The notes beneath the pieces are model-generated. The model saw only the letters and a list, made by a program, of their open reading frames with translations, did no database searches and was not told the origin of the DNA. From contig OZ242014.1 in assembly GCA_965204815.1 (NCBI GenBank), forward strand, positions 615,170 to 679,169: DNA of 64,000 bases. The letters are read 5' to 3'. The stretch comes from Dehalococcoidia bacterium. Its GTDB lineage: Bacteria; Chloroflexota; Dehalococcoidia; Lucifugimonadales; CATOSD01. The position numbers and the translations under genes were made by a program. Positions 35,845 through 47,104 of this stretch are shown one piece after another (position 1 is the stretch's first letter; every line of letters starts with the position of its first letter).

Positions 35845-36990
35845 ATGGCTGATCTATCCAGAACAACCGCCATAGTCGGCGTCGACGAGTCCGACGTAAT
35901 CGGCAGAGTCGAGGGCAAGTCCAACCTTCAGCACCACGCTGAGGCGGGCTACAACGCGCTCGCCGACGCCGGGCTGTCGATCAAGGACGTCGACGGTCTT
36001 TTCTGCGCAGGTTCTTCCACCCTCAGCACCGCCGAGTTCATGGGGATACAGCCCCGCTACACCGACAGCACGTCGGTCGGCGGCTCGTCGTTCGTCATCC
36101 ACGTGGGCCACGCGGTGGCGGCGATCAACGCCGGCTACTGCGAGGTGGCGCTGATTACCCACGGCGAGGCGGGTCGCAGCGCGCGCAGCCGTCCCGGCGG
36201 CAACGCCGCCGAGCCGGGATCCCAGTACGAGACGCCCTACGGCTTCATCGGCGCGCCCATCAACTACGCGATGGCCGCCCGCAGGTACATGCACCAGTAC
36301 GGCGAGGACCGCACCCGCCAGGCGATGGCGGAGATAGCGGTGGCCACCCGCAAGTGGGCGCAGATGAACCCGAAGGCGTACATGAAAGACGTGCCGATGT
36401 CCTTCGACGACTACCACGAGTCGCGCTGGATCGCCTGGCCCTTCCACCTGTTCGACTGCTGCCTGGTCACCGACGCCGGCGGCGCGGCGGTGGTCACGAC
36501 GGCAGAGCGGGCGCGCGATCTGGCCAAGAAGCCCGTCTACATCCTGGGCGCGGCCGAGGGCCATTCGCACAACATCATCAGCCAGATGCCGGACCTGACG
36601 CAGACGTGGGGAGTGAACTCCGGCCCCGCGGCCATGGGCAGGGCGGGCATCACGCACGACGACATCGACCTGGCGATGATCTACGACTCGTTCACCTACA
36701 CCGTGCTCATCACGCTGGAGAGCCTGGGCTTCTGCGGTCCTGGCGAGGGTCCCGAATTCGTGGCCAACCAGCGCACCGCGCCGGGCGGCGACTTCGCGAT
36801 GAACACCTCCGGCGGCGGCCTGTCGTACACCCACTCGGGCATGTATGGCATGTTCCTCATTCTGGAGGCCGTCAGGCAGCTCCGGGGCGAGGCCGGCGAG
36901 CGTCAGATAGACGACCCCAAGATCGGCCTCATGCACGGCACCGGCGGCTCGCTTTCGTCTACCGGCACCGTGGTGCTGGCGGTAGACTAG
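35845..36990 (+). CDS. Thiolase-like (SCP-x / lipid-transfer type) protein
   Basis: ATG 35845 follows AAGGAGG. Thiolase-fold pattern ..AIVGVDESD..AGYCEVALITHGE..GGGLSYTHSGMYG.. It is paired with a DUF35 OB-fold gene. Confidence 0.8.
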   Translation: MADLSRTTAIVGVDESDVIGRVEGKSNLQHHAEAGYNALADAGLSIKDVDGLFCAGSSTLSTAEFMGIQPRYTDSTSVGGSSFVIHVGHAVAAINAGYCEVALITHGEAGRSARSRPGGNAAEPGSQYETPYGFIGAPINYAMAARRYMHQYGEDRTRQAMAEIAVATRKWAQMNPKAYMKDVPMSFDDYHESRWIAWPFHLFDCCLVTDAGGAAVVTTAERARDLAKKPVYILGAAEGHSHNIISQMPDLTQTWGVNSGPAAMGRAGITHDDIDLAMIYDSFTYTVLITLESLGFCGPGEGPEFVANQRTAPGGDFAMNTSGGGLSYTHSGMYGMFLILEAVRQLRGEAGERQIDDPKIGLMHGTGGSLSSTGTVVLAVD

Positions 36991-37041
36991 CCCGCGCCGA
37001 GAGGTCCGACCGAGCACGAACGACTACAACAGGAGATTTCG

Positions 37042-37458
37042 ATGACCCAGCAGTACAACAAGCCGATCCCGGTGCCGCAAGGCGAGTCCGATGTGTACTG
37101 GAACAAGGCCAAGGAGCACGAGCTCTGGCTGCGGCGCTGCAACGAGAGCGGCAAGGCCTACTTCTACCCGCGCGACATCTCGCCGTACACCTTCTCCAGG
37201 GACACAGAGTGGATAAAGGCCAGCGGCAACGCGACGCTCTACACCTACGCCATAGTCCACAGGGCGCCGCATCCCGGCTTCGTCGGCGACGTTCCCTTCG
37301 TGACCGCCATCGTCGAGTTGGAGGAAGGCCCGCGAATGCCGACGAACATCGTGATGGACGATCCGACGCCTGAGAAGCTGCAGATCGGCATGCCCCTCAA
37401 GGTGGTCTTCGAGGACATCACCGACACCATCGCGCTGCCCAAGTTCGCCCCCGCCTAG
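37042..37458 (+). CDS. DUF35 Zn-ribbon/OB-fold protein (thiolase partner)
   Basis: ..LWLRRCNESGKAYFYPRDISPYT..LYTYAIVHR..VTAIVELEEG.. is typical of DUF35. Confidence 0.8.
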   Translation: MTQQYNKPIPVPQGESDVYWNKAKEHELWLRRCNESGKAYFYPRDISPYTFSRDTEWIKASGNATLYTYAIVHRAPHPGFVGDVPFVTAIVELEEGPRMPTNIVMDDPTPEKLQIGMPLKVVFEDITDTIALPKFAPA

Positions 37459-37485
37459 CGCGGCATCTACGAACCAGCCGGCGGG

Positions 37486-38157
37486 TCAGGGTATCCTGGC
37501 AATGAGATCCGGCCCCTCGTTAGCAACGGAGTTGACGAGGGGGGACACCGCATGAACCTCCATAGCATCGTCGGAGTAAGGAGTAAGGACGCTACTGAGC
37601 ACGGCGGGATTGTCGACGTTCTCGTCCAGCCATAGGTCCTCAGTGTCTCTGGGCAGAATGACCGGCATACGGTCGTGTATCGGCCTGAGCAGGTTATTGG
37701 CCGAGGTCGTGATGATGGTGCACGACGGTATGCGGTTGCCAACCGGGTCACGCCAGGTCTCCCACAGCCCCGCAAATGCAAAGGTCTCTCCCGTCCTCAA
37801 TACGATCCGCATGGGGCGCTTGGTCCTGCTCCCGGGCACACGTTGCCAATCGTAGTATCCGTCAGCGAGCACCAGGCACCGCCGCCGCCGCAGCGCATTG
37901 CGGAAGGCGGGCTTCTCGGCCACGGTCTCGGCCCTCGCGTTTATCATCCGGCGCCCAATCTTCGTGTCCTTGGCCCAGTGGGGAATCAGTCCCCACCGCA
38001 TGAATCCCGCGCGGCGTGTTTCGCCGCCTACAACGGTCAGGACCTCCTGTGTGGGAGCGATGTTGTACCTCTTGTCGAAAGCGTCTATGTCGCCGTCGAA
38101 TTCGTACTGCCGCGCGAGCTCTCCCAGGTCCGCTATCAGGCTGTATCTTCCGCACAT
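37486..38157 (-). CDS. SOS response-associated peptidase (SRAP/YedK family) abasic-site processing protein
   Basis: MCGRYSL N-terminus with catalytic Cys2, plus ..YNIAPTQ..MRWGLIPHWAKD..INARAET.. Confidence 0.85.
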   Translation of the reverse strand: MCGRYSLIADLGELARQYEFDGDIDAFDKRYNIAPTQEVLTVVGGETRRAGFMRWGLIPHWAKDTKIGRRMINARAETVAEKPAFRNALRRRRCLVLADGYYDWQRVPGSRTKRPMRIVLRTGETFAFAGLWETWRDPVGNRIPSCTIITTSANNLLRPIHDRMPVILPRDTEDLWLDENVDNPAVLSSVLTPYSDDAMEVHAVSPLVNSVANEGPDLIARIP

Positions 38158-38343
38158 ATCCCCCTTATGATGAACTACTCGAGGTCGTTCGTGCAATGCC
38201 CGTCTCGCGGCACCTGGACTTCCGCGTGAGGGCGTCGCCGGGCTTTCGCTTGTGCGGTGATTCTGCAATAATGCCGCCGTAGCCCCCCTCTTCCGCGGTC
38301 GCGGCGGTTAACCCTGGGGACGCTACTACGAAAGAGGTGACTT

Positions 38344-38976
38344 ATGGGCGCCGACCACGACGACCACCCCGGTATGTTGCGGGACTCGGCCTTGAGCGAC
38401 CGGGCCAAGCGCGCTCTCGCAATCAGGGAACTGCTGCTGGAAAAGGGAATCATCGACGCCGACGACGTCCGAAGACGCGCCGACGAGCTTCACCGCCGAT
38501 CTCCCGCAGACGGTGCGAGAGTCGTCGCCCGGGCCTGGGTGGACGCCGATTTCAAAGCGCGGTTGCTGGACGACGCAAAGGCGGCGGTGGCCGAGCTCGG
38601 CTACGAACTGCCCCACGACGCCGAGTTGGCGGTGGTTGAGAACACCGATGAGCTACACAACCTGGTCGTGTGCACGCTGTGCTCCTGCTACCCCACCACG
38701 CTGCTGGGGCCTCCCCCGGATTGGTACAAGAGCCTGGCGTACCGGTCCAGGGCCGTCAGGGAGCCGCGCGCGGTGATGGCCGAATTCGGCTTCACGCCCG
38801 CCGACGGCGTGGAGGTGCGCGTGCTGGACAGCACCGCGGATCTGCGCTACCTCGTGCTGCCGGCGCGTCCAGCCGGCAGTGAGGGCATGAGCGAGGAGGA
38901 ACTGGCGGGCCTCGTGACGCGCGACAGCATGGTGGGCGTGACGGCGGCAGAGTCGCCGCAGGCGGCGGCGGTGTAG
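38344..38976 (+). CDS. Nitrile hydratase alpha subunit family protein (cobalt-type VCTLCSC claw), with no adjacent beta subunit
   Basis: ..HNLVVCTLCSCYPTTLLGPPPDWYKSLAYRSR.. contains the metal-binding CTLCSC motif. About 210 aa, a full-length alpha subunit. Confidence 0.8.
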   Translation: MGADHDDHPGMLRDSALSDRAKRALAIRELLLEKGIIDADDVRRRADELHRRSPADGARVVARAWVDADFKARLLDDAKAAVAELGYELPHDAELAVVENTDELHNLVVCTLCSCYPTTLLGPPPDWYKSLAYRSRAVREPRAVMAEFGFTPADGVEVRVLDSTADLRYLVLPARPAGSEGMSEEELAGLVTRDSMVGVTAAESPQAAAV

Positions 38977-39037
38977 GCCCTGCCGACAGACGCGAAACGG
39001 GGGCAGCCCCGGATGGGACCGCCCCCGCCGATGGACA

Positions 39038-39103
39038 TTCACCCTAACCCGTTCGGCTCCGCTCAGGGCAGGCTCCCAACCCTCTCCCATTAAGGGAGAG
39101 GGG
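39038..39103. repeat. Dispersed hairpin repeat family B copy between convergent genes (candidate bidirectional terminator)
   Basis: ttcaccctaacccgttcggctccGCTCAGGGCAGGCTCCcaaCCCTCTCCCattaaGGGAGAGGGggc. Stem 39080-39088 / 39094-39102. Confidence 0.8.
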
Positions 39104-39104
39104 G

Positions 39105-39542
39105 CTAGCCGACCGTGAGCGAGAGTTTCTTGGCCTTCTTGGACTCCAGCTTGGGGAAGTTGATCGTCACGACGCCGTTGTCGTAGTTGGTCTCCGCATT
39201 GTCCACGTCGACCGTGTCGGGCAGCCGGAGCGCACGGTGGAGGCTGCCGCTCCTGCGCTCTCGCATCAGGAAGTCGCCCTCCGCCGTCTCCTTCTCGGAC
39301 TCCGTCTGGCCGTTGATAGTCAGGACGTCGTTCTCGACGGTGATCTGGATGTCGCCGGGGGCGACGCCCGGCACGGACGCCCGCACCTCGATGTCGTCGC
39401 CCTTCCTCACCACGTCCAGAGGGACGGCCCAGGCCTCGAATCCGCCGCTCTCGGCGGGGCCGTGGTAGCCCCTCCACATCCGGTTCATCGTGTCCTGCAT
39501 CTGCCTCAGCTCGCCGAACGGGTTCCAACGCTGCATTGTCAT
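39105..39542 (-). CDS. Hsp20/alpha-crystallin small heat-shock protein
   Basis: ATG 39542 follows GGAGGT. ..WAVPLDVVRKGDDIEVRASVPGVAPGDIQITVENDVLTINGQ..RALRLPDTVDVDNAETNYDNGVVTINFPK.. Confidence 0.9.
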   Translation of the reverse strand: MTMQRWNPFGELRQMQDTMNRMWRGYHGPAESGGFEAWAVPLDVVRKGDDIEVRASVPGVAPGDIQITVENDVLTINGQTESEKETAEGDFLMRERRSGSLHRALRLPDTVDVDNAETNYDNGVVTINFPKLESKKAKKLSLTVG

Positions 39543-39601
39543 ACTCGTTACCTCCAAGTGATTGATGTTCTTGATTTCCAGCGAAGCATAGTTGCTGCTG
39601 A

Positions 39602-39638
39602 CATACACTATTATATGTATGCACTTTAACAATGTCAA
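39602..39638 (-). promoter_or_regulatory. Perfect consensus sigma70 promoter TTGACA-17-TATAAT for hsp20, with a 6-bp inverted repeat bracketing the -10
   Basis: The minus strand reads TTGACA (39638-39633), ttgttaaagtgcataca, TATAAT (39615-39610). The inverted repeat CATACA-tataatag-TGTATG spans 39602-39621. Confidence 0.75.
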
Positions 39639-39679
39639 TAGACTTATACTATCTACTGCAAGATATGTTGTGCCCGCGT

Positions 39680-39707
39680 TTGACCTATGCTAGACTTGGG
39701 GTGTAAT
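39680..39707 (+). promoter_or_regulatory. Putative promoter TTGACC-16-TGTAAT for the dnaJ-like/hspR-like operon
   Basis: TTGACC 39680-39685 and TGTAAT 39702-39707, 22 nt before ATG 39730. Confidence 0.5.
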
Positions 39708-39729
39708 CCCCTTCCGTGCTGAGGCAGCG

Positions 39730-40626
39730 ATGGCGACCTATTATGAGACGCTGGGCGTTTCGAAAGATGCAAGCGAGAAGGACATACGGCAGGCGTACCG
39801 ACGCCTGGCGCGCCAGCATCACCCCGACCTCAACCCGAACGACGACGAGGCCGAGCGCCAGTTCAAGAAGATCAACGAGGCCTACGAGGTGCTGTCCGAC
39901 GCGGACAGTCGCAAGAAGTACGACCGCTACGGCGACATGTGGCGCCAGGCCGACAACATCGAGGCGCAGCGGTCCCACGGCGGGCCGCGCACCTACACCT
40001 GGACTACCGGCGGCCAGTCCCCCGGCGGCGTGGACGCGGACTTCGACCTTGGCGATATTCTGGGTGGGTTTGGCGGCGACCTGGGCGATCTTTTCGGCGG
40101 TGGCGGGCGGGCGCGGTCGCGCGGCAGGCAGCGGGCCAACGCCGCTGTGACGGTGTCGCTGGAGGAGGCGTTCGCGGGTACCAAGCGGCGGGTGTTCGCG
40201 CCGGACGGCGGCGGGTCTAGGCGGATCGAGGTGAGCATACCGCCGGGGGTGGACAACGGCTCGGTGGTGCGCATCTCGCTCGAGTCCGGTGCGGAGCTCT
40301 ACCTCAACGTCACGGTGTCGCCGCACTCGCAGTTCAGGCGCAAGGGCAGCGACCTGGAGGTGGACGCGCCGGTGCCGCTTGCGGACACGGTGCTGGGCGG
40401 CGAGATCGACCTGCGTACGCTGGGCGGCCGGCTGCGGCTGAAGATTCCTCCGGAGTCGCAGAACGGGCAGCGCATCCGGCTGGCGGGCCAGGGGATGCCC
40501 AGGCTCGGCGAGCCGGGGAAGCGCGGCGACCTGTACGCGATAGTCCGGCCGGAGATGCCCTCGAACGTGACCGACGACGAGCGGGAGCTGTTCGAGAGGC
40601 TCCGGGAGATTCAGGCTAAGGGTTAG
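39730..40626 (+). CDS. DnaJ-class co-chaperone lacking the Cys-rich zinc-finger region (CbpA-like)
   Basis: J domain [33 protein letters not shown], a G-rich linker, then C-terminal substrate-binding domains. No CxxCxGxG repeats. Confidence 0.85.
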   Translation: MATYYETLGVSKDASEKDIRQAYRRLARQHHPDLNPNDDEAERQFKKINEAYEVLSDADSRKKYDRYGDMWRQADNIEAQRSHGGPRTYTWTTGGQSPGGVDADFDLGDILGGFGGDLGDLFGGGGRARSRGRQRANAAVTVSLEEAFAGTKRRVFAPDGGGSRRIEVSIPPGVDNGSVVRISLESGAELYLNVTVSPHSQFRRKGSDLEVDAPVPLADTVLGGEIDLRTLGGRLRLKIPPESQNGQRIRLAGQGMPRLGEPGKRGDLYAIVRPEMPSNVTDDERELFERLREIQAKG

Positions 40627-40630
40627 TGCG

Positions 40631-40960
40631 ATGGCGGATATGTTCAGTCGGGACGAGCCGGTATTCATAATCAGCGTGGCGGCGCAGATGCTCGAGGTGC
40701 AGGCCCAGACGCTGCGCTACTACGAACGGCTGGGCCTGGTAAAACCGCAGCGCACCAGGGGTAACCAGCGGGTGTACTCCCACAACGACCTTGACAGGGT
40801 GCGCCGGATACGGCGGCTGATGGACGACCTGGGGGTGAACCTGGCGGGCGTGGAGGTGCTGCTCAATCTGCTGGACCGGCTGCAGGAGGCGGAGTCGACG
40901 ATCGCGCGGCTGGAGGCTGAGAACGAGGGGTTGCGGAACCTGCTGAACGCGATGAGTTGA
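40631..40960 (+). CDS. MerR-family heat-shock regulator (HspR-like)
   Basis: ..FIISVAAQMLEVQAQTLRYYERLGLVKPQRTRGNQRVYSHNDLDRVRRIRRL.. Located immediately after the DnaJ-like gene, as in hspR operons. Confidence 0.8.
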   Translation: MADMFSRDEPVFIISVAAQMLEVQAQTLRYYERLGLVKPQRTRGNQRVYSHNDLDRVRRIRRLMDDLGVNLAGVEVLLNLLDRLQEAESTIARLEAENEGLRNLLNAMS

Positions 40961-40968
40961 TGGGGGCA

Positions 40969-41005
40969 CCCCCATCCTAACCTTCCCCCTGCGAGGGGGA
41001 AGGGA
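40969..41005 (+). repeat. Dispersed hairpin repeat family A copy
   Basis: cccccatcctaaCCTTCCCCCtgcgaGGGGGAAGGga is identical over 37 nt to 49197-49233. It lies 9 nt after the hspR-like stop. Confidence 0.9.
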
Positions 41006-41025
41006 TTTGGCGGAGTGCGGGGCCT

Positions 41026-41068
41026 TTCACCCTCACCCGCCCCTGGATTCCGGCTCGGGGGCCGGAAT
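41026..41068. repeat. Dispersed hairpin repeat family B copy
   Basis: ttcaccctcacccgcccctggATTCCGGCtcggggGCCGGAAT. Stem 41047-41054 / 41061-41068. Confidence 0.75.
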
Positions 41069-41105
41069 GACGGTGGAGGGCGAGGGGGAAGGGACCTGGT
41101 GGTGG

Positions 41106-43394
<2,289 letters not shown>

Positions 43395-43464
43395 GAGAGT
43401 ACGGTACCTCCTAGCGGTGGTGGGGAACCCGGCAGATAGAAAGAAAGCTCCGATTGATTCGGAG

Positions 43465-43728
43465 CTATCTTCTCAGCCCAAGCCTGGCAATGAGAGCCCG
43501 GTAGCGGCTTACGTCTTCCCTGTTGAGATAGCGGAGTAACCTACGGCGACGCCCCACCATCTTTAGCAGTCCTCGGCGGGTTGACTCGTCGTGGTTGTGT
43601 ATCCTGAGGTGCTGAGTCAACTCGGTAATACGTTTCGTCAGCAGCGCTACCTGAAGTTCAGCGGAACCGGTGTCGTTTTCGTGAGTACGGTACTCTTCGA
43701 TTACGGCCTGTTTCTCAGCCTTGTCCAA
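43465..43728 (-). CDS. rpsO: 30S ribosomal protein S15
   Basis: TTG 43728 follows AGGAGAAGGG and gives [68 protein letters not shown].. (87 aa). Conserved rpsO-pnp synteny. Confidence 0.9.
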   Translation of the reverse strand: MDKAEKQAVIEEYRTHENDTGSAELQVALLTKRITELTQHLRIHNHDESTRRGLLKMVGRRRRLLRYLNREDVSRYRALIARLGLRR

Positions 43729-43850
43729 ACCCTTCTCCTGGGTCCCTCGATATGGGTGATTTGGTTGCGGTTTTGGTGTCGCCCGGGCGTTCGTTCGCGC
43801 TCCTGGGCGGGGTTGTTTGTTGGCGTAGGGGTGGTTGATAACTCCGATGG

Positions 43851-43879
43851 ATTGTACCACTTGGGCGCTGATAAGGCAA
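43851..43879 (-). promoter_or_regulatory. rpsO promoter TTGCCT-17-TACAAT
   Basis: The minus strand reads TTGCCT (43879-43874), tatcagcgcccaagtgg, TACAAT (43856-43851). This implies a leader of ~115 nt. Confidence 0.65.
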
Positions 43880-43891
43880 TTGCAGGGCGCT

Positions 43892-43938
43892 CTCAACCCT
43901 CACCCTAACCCTCCCCCAGTCCTGGGAGAGGGGACTGG
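43892..43938. repeat. Dispersed hairpin repeat family B copy
   Basis: ctcaaccctcaccctaaccctccccCAGTCCtgggagaggGGACTGg. Confidence 0.75.
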
Positions 43939-44184
43939 CGCACCTCCGGGCGATGGCTACCGGAGCGCGTTACAAAGTAAGCCTTCGCCGGAAGTGTTCC
44001 ATTTCGTGCCTTTCGTAGCTGGGGACTGTAACGAAGTAGCGGGCCTTTGCGACCGAACTGTCACGAATTCGGGCTTTCCCGCCACGAATTCCGTGGGTTC
44101 GGGGGCGAAACGGGACTGGGCGTCTCGCGGGATCAGCCGGGCGTGCGACGGGGTCGCTTCGGTTGTTAAGGTTGGCATGTGGGG

Positions 44185-44213
44185 ATAGTAGCACGCATGT
44201 GCGGAGGTGTCAA
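44185..44213 (-). promoter_or_regulatory. Near-consensus sigma70 promoter TTGACA-17-TACTAT with no annotated target
   Basis: The minus strand reads TTGACA (44213-44208), cctccgcacatgcgtgc, TACTAT (44190-44185), ccccac, then ATG at 44178. Confidence 0.6.
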
Positions 44214-44360
44214 TGGCCCGCAGGACATCAAAATTATGGTTGCCGAGGTGGGCTAGAGCCAGCGTGCGCGGGTGAGCATCTCGCGGGCTACGTCGGTGAC
44301 GTGGCGGCCGGGGCCGTTGTCGACGGTGAAGTTCTCGATGGCCGCTGGCTTCATATCTTC

Positions 44361-44996
44361 TCAGAGAGCGCGAAGAACGCTCTGAAATTTCTTCATCATG
44401 ACGCAACTGGCGTCCTGCATTGCGTTGTCCAGGCGCCACGGTGGTGTCATTCCATCGACAACGATAGGCTTGTATGAGGGGTCCTTTGTGGTTGACCTGA
44501 ATGTGCAGACCCCGTTTTGGGTATCCACGATCATGATCTTCCGCCACTGCCTGTCGGGTACCTCGAATATGACAAACGTAGGAGCCGACCCCCAGTCGGG
44601 ATCCCGCTTCGCGTTAAGGATGGAGGCCAACTCTCGTCGACGTTCTCGTTGTCCCAGGTTTCGCGAGTCGATGACTGTGTTGTTGGTGCCCCGGTGACGT
44701 TCCTGGAGATCATCATATCTGTTGTCGAGCATACCGTCTGATTCGGCGCGGTTCAGTAGTTCGAGTGCAACCGAGACTGGTATCGTCCAGATTCCCGTCC
44801 CGTGCCTTACGTCGTTGTAGAAGCGCCGGTTTGCGCTCCCGGAGGGGAGCACAGTCCGCCAAGACAGGCAGTAGAAGTCGACTGGTTCGACGCCATGTCT
44901 TACGTGAAGGATGAGATGCACCGGCAGACCTGCATGCCTCAGACTGACCCGGCAGATTTCGGTGTAGGTACTCAAAGTCGGCCTCCCATAGAGCAT
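44361..44996 (-). CDS. Hypothetical protein (211 aa) in a lower-GC patch
   Basis: It is the only long ORF in the 43.95-45.17 kb lower-GC patch. No motifs recognised. Confidence 0.4.
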   Translation of the reverse strand: MLYGRPTLSTYTEICRVSLRHAGLPVHLILHVRHGVEPVDFYCLSWRTVLPSGSANRRFYNDVRHGTGIWTIPVSVALELLNRAESDGMLDNRYDDLQERHRGTNNTVIDSRNLGQRERRRELASILNAKRDPDWGSAPTFVIFEVPDRQWRKIMIVDTQNGVCTFRSTTKDPSYKPIVVDGMTPPWRLDNAMQDASCVMMKKFQSVLRAL

Positions 44997-45166
44997 TCTC
45001 CCAATCCACTAATCCACGCGATACTGAATCGAATTTCAAAAAATCATCAAGGTGCGCGTTATCCAAACCTGCGAAAGTGCGGTTCTAACGCACACCAGAC
45101 TTGCGTCAGGCACGACTGGTCAGGCTACGATTCATCCACAATGCCAATGTGATTGAAGGCTCAACC

Positions 45167-47104
45167 TCACCGCAGCGGCGGGTGCGATTGGCCCGACTGG
45201 TTATTCCCCCAACACACGATGACTCCGTCCTGCCGCAGGCCGCAAGTATGATTTCCGCCGCTGCTGATGGAGATAAATCGCTCGTTATCGGGCGGTGAGA
45301 CTGCAGGATGCCCCTCAAGTCCCCAGCATACAGCTGTGCCATCGGCGCGTAATCCGCACGTGTGCTCATCACCGCTGCTGACGGACATAAACCGCTCATC
45401 ATCGGGTGGGGCGGTTTCGCCCTCGTAATCTTGCCCCCAGCAGACGGCAAGGCCGTCCATGCGCAATGCGCATACGTGGTGTGTACCACTGCTTATGAAT
45501 GTGAACCCCCCATGTTGCGGTGGCGAAGCCCTCCCACCATCATCATATCCCCAGCAGACGATGAAGCCGTCGTCGCGGAGGCCACAGGTGAACCATCCGC
45601 CAGAGCTTACAGACGTGAAACGTTCATGTTCTGGCGGCATAGTCTCACCTCTTGCATCATGCCCCCAACATACGGCAACGCCGTCGGAGCGCAATCCGCA
45701 GGCGTGGTAGGCACCACTGCTAATGGACGTGAATCGCTCTTGTTCTGGCGTCGAGGCTAGATCACCCCAGCAGACGGCAATGCCGTCCCCTCGCAATCCA
45801 CACATGTGCCGCATACCTCCGCTTATGGCGATGAAACGATCATACATGGGCGGCGATGTAACGTTGTACTGATCGCTGCCTCGGCAAACGACGGTGCCAT
45901 CCTCACGCAATCCGCATGTGTATCCGCCATTTGCATAATAGTACTCGTAGGGACTAGGACCATAAACACCCCATGTGTTACCACCAGCAACTACCGCCGC
46001 GAAAGGCGGTATCGGTGTCGGCGATGGAGTCGGCGTAAACGTCGGTGTGACCGTCGGCGTTGGCACGGGTGTTGGTGTTGGCACGGGTGTTGGTGTTGGC
46101 ACGGGTGTTGGTGTTGGCACGGGTGTTGGTGTAGGTTCGGGCGTCGGCGTAATCGTCGGCGTGGGAGTCGGTTCGGGCGTTGGGGTAGGCTCAGGCGTCC
46201 ACGTCGGGACGGGAGTCCATGTCGGCGGTGGCGTCGGTACTGGGGCCGCCGCCCATGTGGGCACGGGCGTCCAAGTGGGAGCTGCGGTCCAGGTGGGAAC
46301 CGGCGTCCACGTCGGAGCCGCCGTGGGACCTGACGGCGTGGGGACAGCGGCCTGCCCGCCCAGCAGACCGGCGAACTCTGCCGACGATACGGCGAGGCCG
46401 ACGCCGGCCACGGGCCGACCGCTCTCCGTCTCCGACACCCTCAAAGTGTTGACGCCAATCGCTTCCCCAGCCATGTTGACCAACGGGCCGCCGCTGTTAC
46501 CCGGGTTGAGCGCCGCATCGGTCTGGAGCAGGTCGACGCCATCGACGCTCCTCACCGCCGATATGATGCCCCGCGTCACCGTCAGGGATATGCCAAGCCC
46601 CTCGGCGACCGCAGGGTAGCCAAGCGCCAGCACTTCGTCGCCCAGGCGCATCTGTCCCGCATCCCCCACGGCCAACGCTGTGAACGGCCCTCCGCTCTGT
46701 ATCCGCACAGTGGCGAGGTCGGTCATGTCCTGCCTTGCCACGACCTCGCCGGTGTAGCGGCGCCCGTCGGCCAGAATGACCTCCACGCTGTCGAAGCCGT
46801 CGACGACGTGGCTGTTCGTAACCAAGAGGCCATTGGGGTTGACGATGAATCCAGATCCGCCGCCCGAACCAGCGACCACCTGAACCACCGCCGGATGAAT
46901 CCTCTCGACCAGCTCGGCGAGCGCGCTCCGCGTATCCTCAGTCAGGGCCTCGCCCCCAACGAAGTTGATCTGCACGGAATCCGGGGCGGCTGGCACAGCC
47001 TCTCCCGATGCTCCTAGATCCGGCGGCGTCGAGGTATCAGTGGAGCACGCGGCCAAAGTGATCAGAACGAGCGCCAGGAGGTACAAGCGCAAGACAGCCT
47101 CCAC
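45167..47104 (-). CDS. Lipoprotein: S1C (HtrA/DegP-like) serine protease domain, Pro/Thr-rich linker, seven RCC1-like repeats
   Basis: Lipobox LITLAAC. Catalytic triad context TNSHVV, DLATV and GNSGGPL. Linker (TWTPVP)n and (PTPTPV)n. Seven repeats of F.SISSG..H.CGLR.DG...CWG. No PDZ domain. Confidence 0.85.
   Translation of the reverse strand: MEAVLRLYLLALVLITLAACSTDTSTPPDLGASGEAVPAAPDSVQINFVGGEALTEDTRSALAELVERIHPAVVQVVAGSGGGSGFIVNPNGLLVTNSHVVDGFDSVEVILADGRRYTGEVVARQDMTDLATVRIQSGGPFTALAVGDAGQMRLGDEVLALGYPAVAEGLGISLTVTRGIISAVRSVDGVDLLQTDAALNPGNSGGPLVNMAGEAIGVNTLRVSETESGRPVAGVGLAVSSAEFAGLLGGQAAVPTPSGPTAAPTWTPVPTWTAAPTWTPVPTWAAAPVPTPPPTWTPVPTWTPEPTPTPEPTPTPTITPTPEPTPTPVPTPTPVPTPTPVPTPTPVPTPTVTPTFTPTPSPTPIPPFAAVVAGGNTWGVYGPSPYEYYYANGGYTCGLREDGTVVCRGSDQYNVTSPPMYDRFIAISGGMRHMCGLRGDGIAVCWGDLASTPEQERFTSISSGAYHACGLRSDGVAVCWGHDARGETMPPEHERFTSVSSGGWFTCGLRDDGFIVCWGYDDGGRASPPQHGGFTFISSGTHHVCALRMDGLAVCWGQDYEGETAPPDDERFMSVSSGDEHTCGLRADGTAVCWGLEGHPAVSPPDNERFISISSGGNHTCGLRQDGVIVCWGNNQSGQSHPPLR
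46062..46133 (-). repeat. Four tandem 18-bp repeats (GGCACGGGTGTTGGTGTT) encoding (PTPTPV)n in the protease linker
   Basis: Units at 46062, 46080, 46098 and 46116. The last unit has one substitution. Confidence 0.9.

Noticed and set aside
39543-39729. Canonical HAIR (CTTGAGT-N7-ACTCAAG) or CIRCE (TTAGCACTC-N9-GAGTGCTAA) operators in the hsp20/dnaJ intergenic region.
   Set aside because: Only weak partial matches are present, for example CAAGTGATTGATGTTCTTG and CTTATAC..ACTGCAAG. Neither meets the consensus, so a different inverted repeat is reported as a candidate instead.
43957-44547. The full 196-aa minus ORF spanning the orphan promoter.
   Set aside because: Its upstream two-thirds is Arg-rich and runs across the promoter and the end of the neighbouring gene. 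Only the last 73 codons, downstream of the promoter, are considered, and only as a low-confidence candidate.
46062-46133. Regularly spaced short repeats that might suggest a CRISPR array.
   Set aside because: The units are contiguous 18-bp tandem repeats without spacers. They lie in-frame inside the protease gene and encode a (PTPTPV)n linker.
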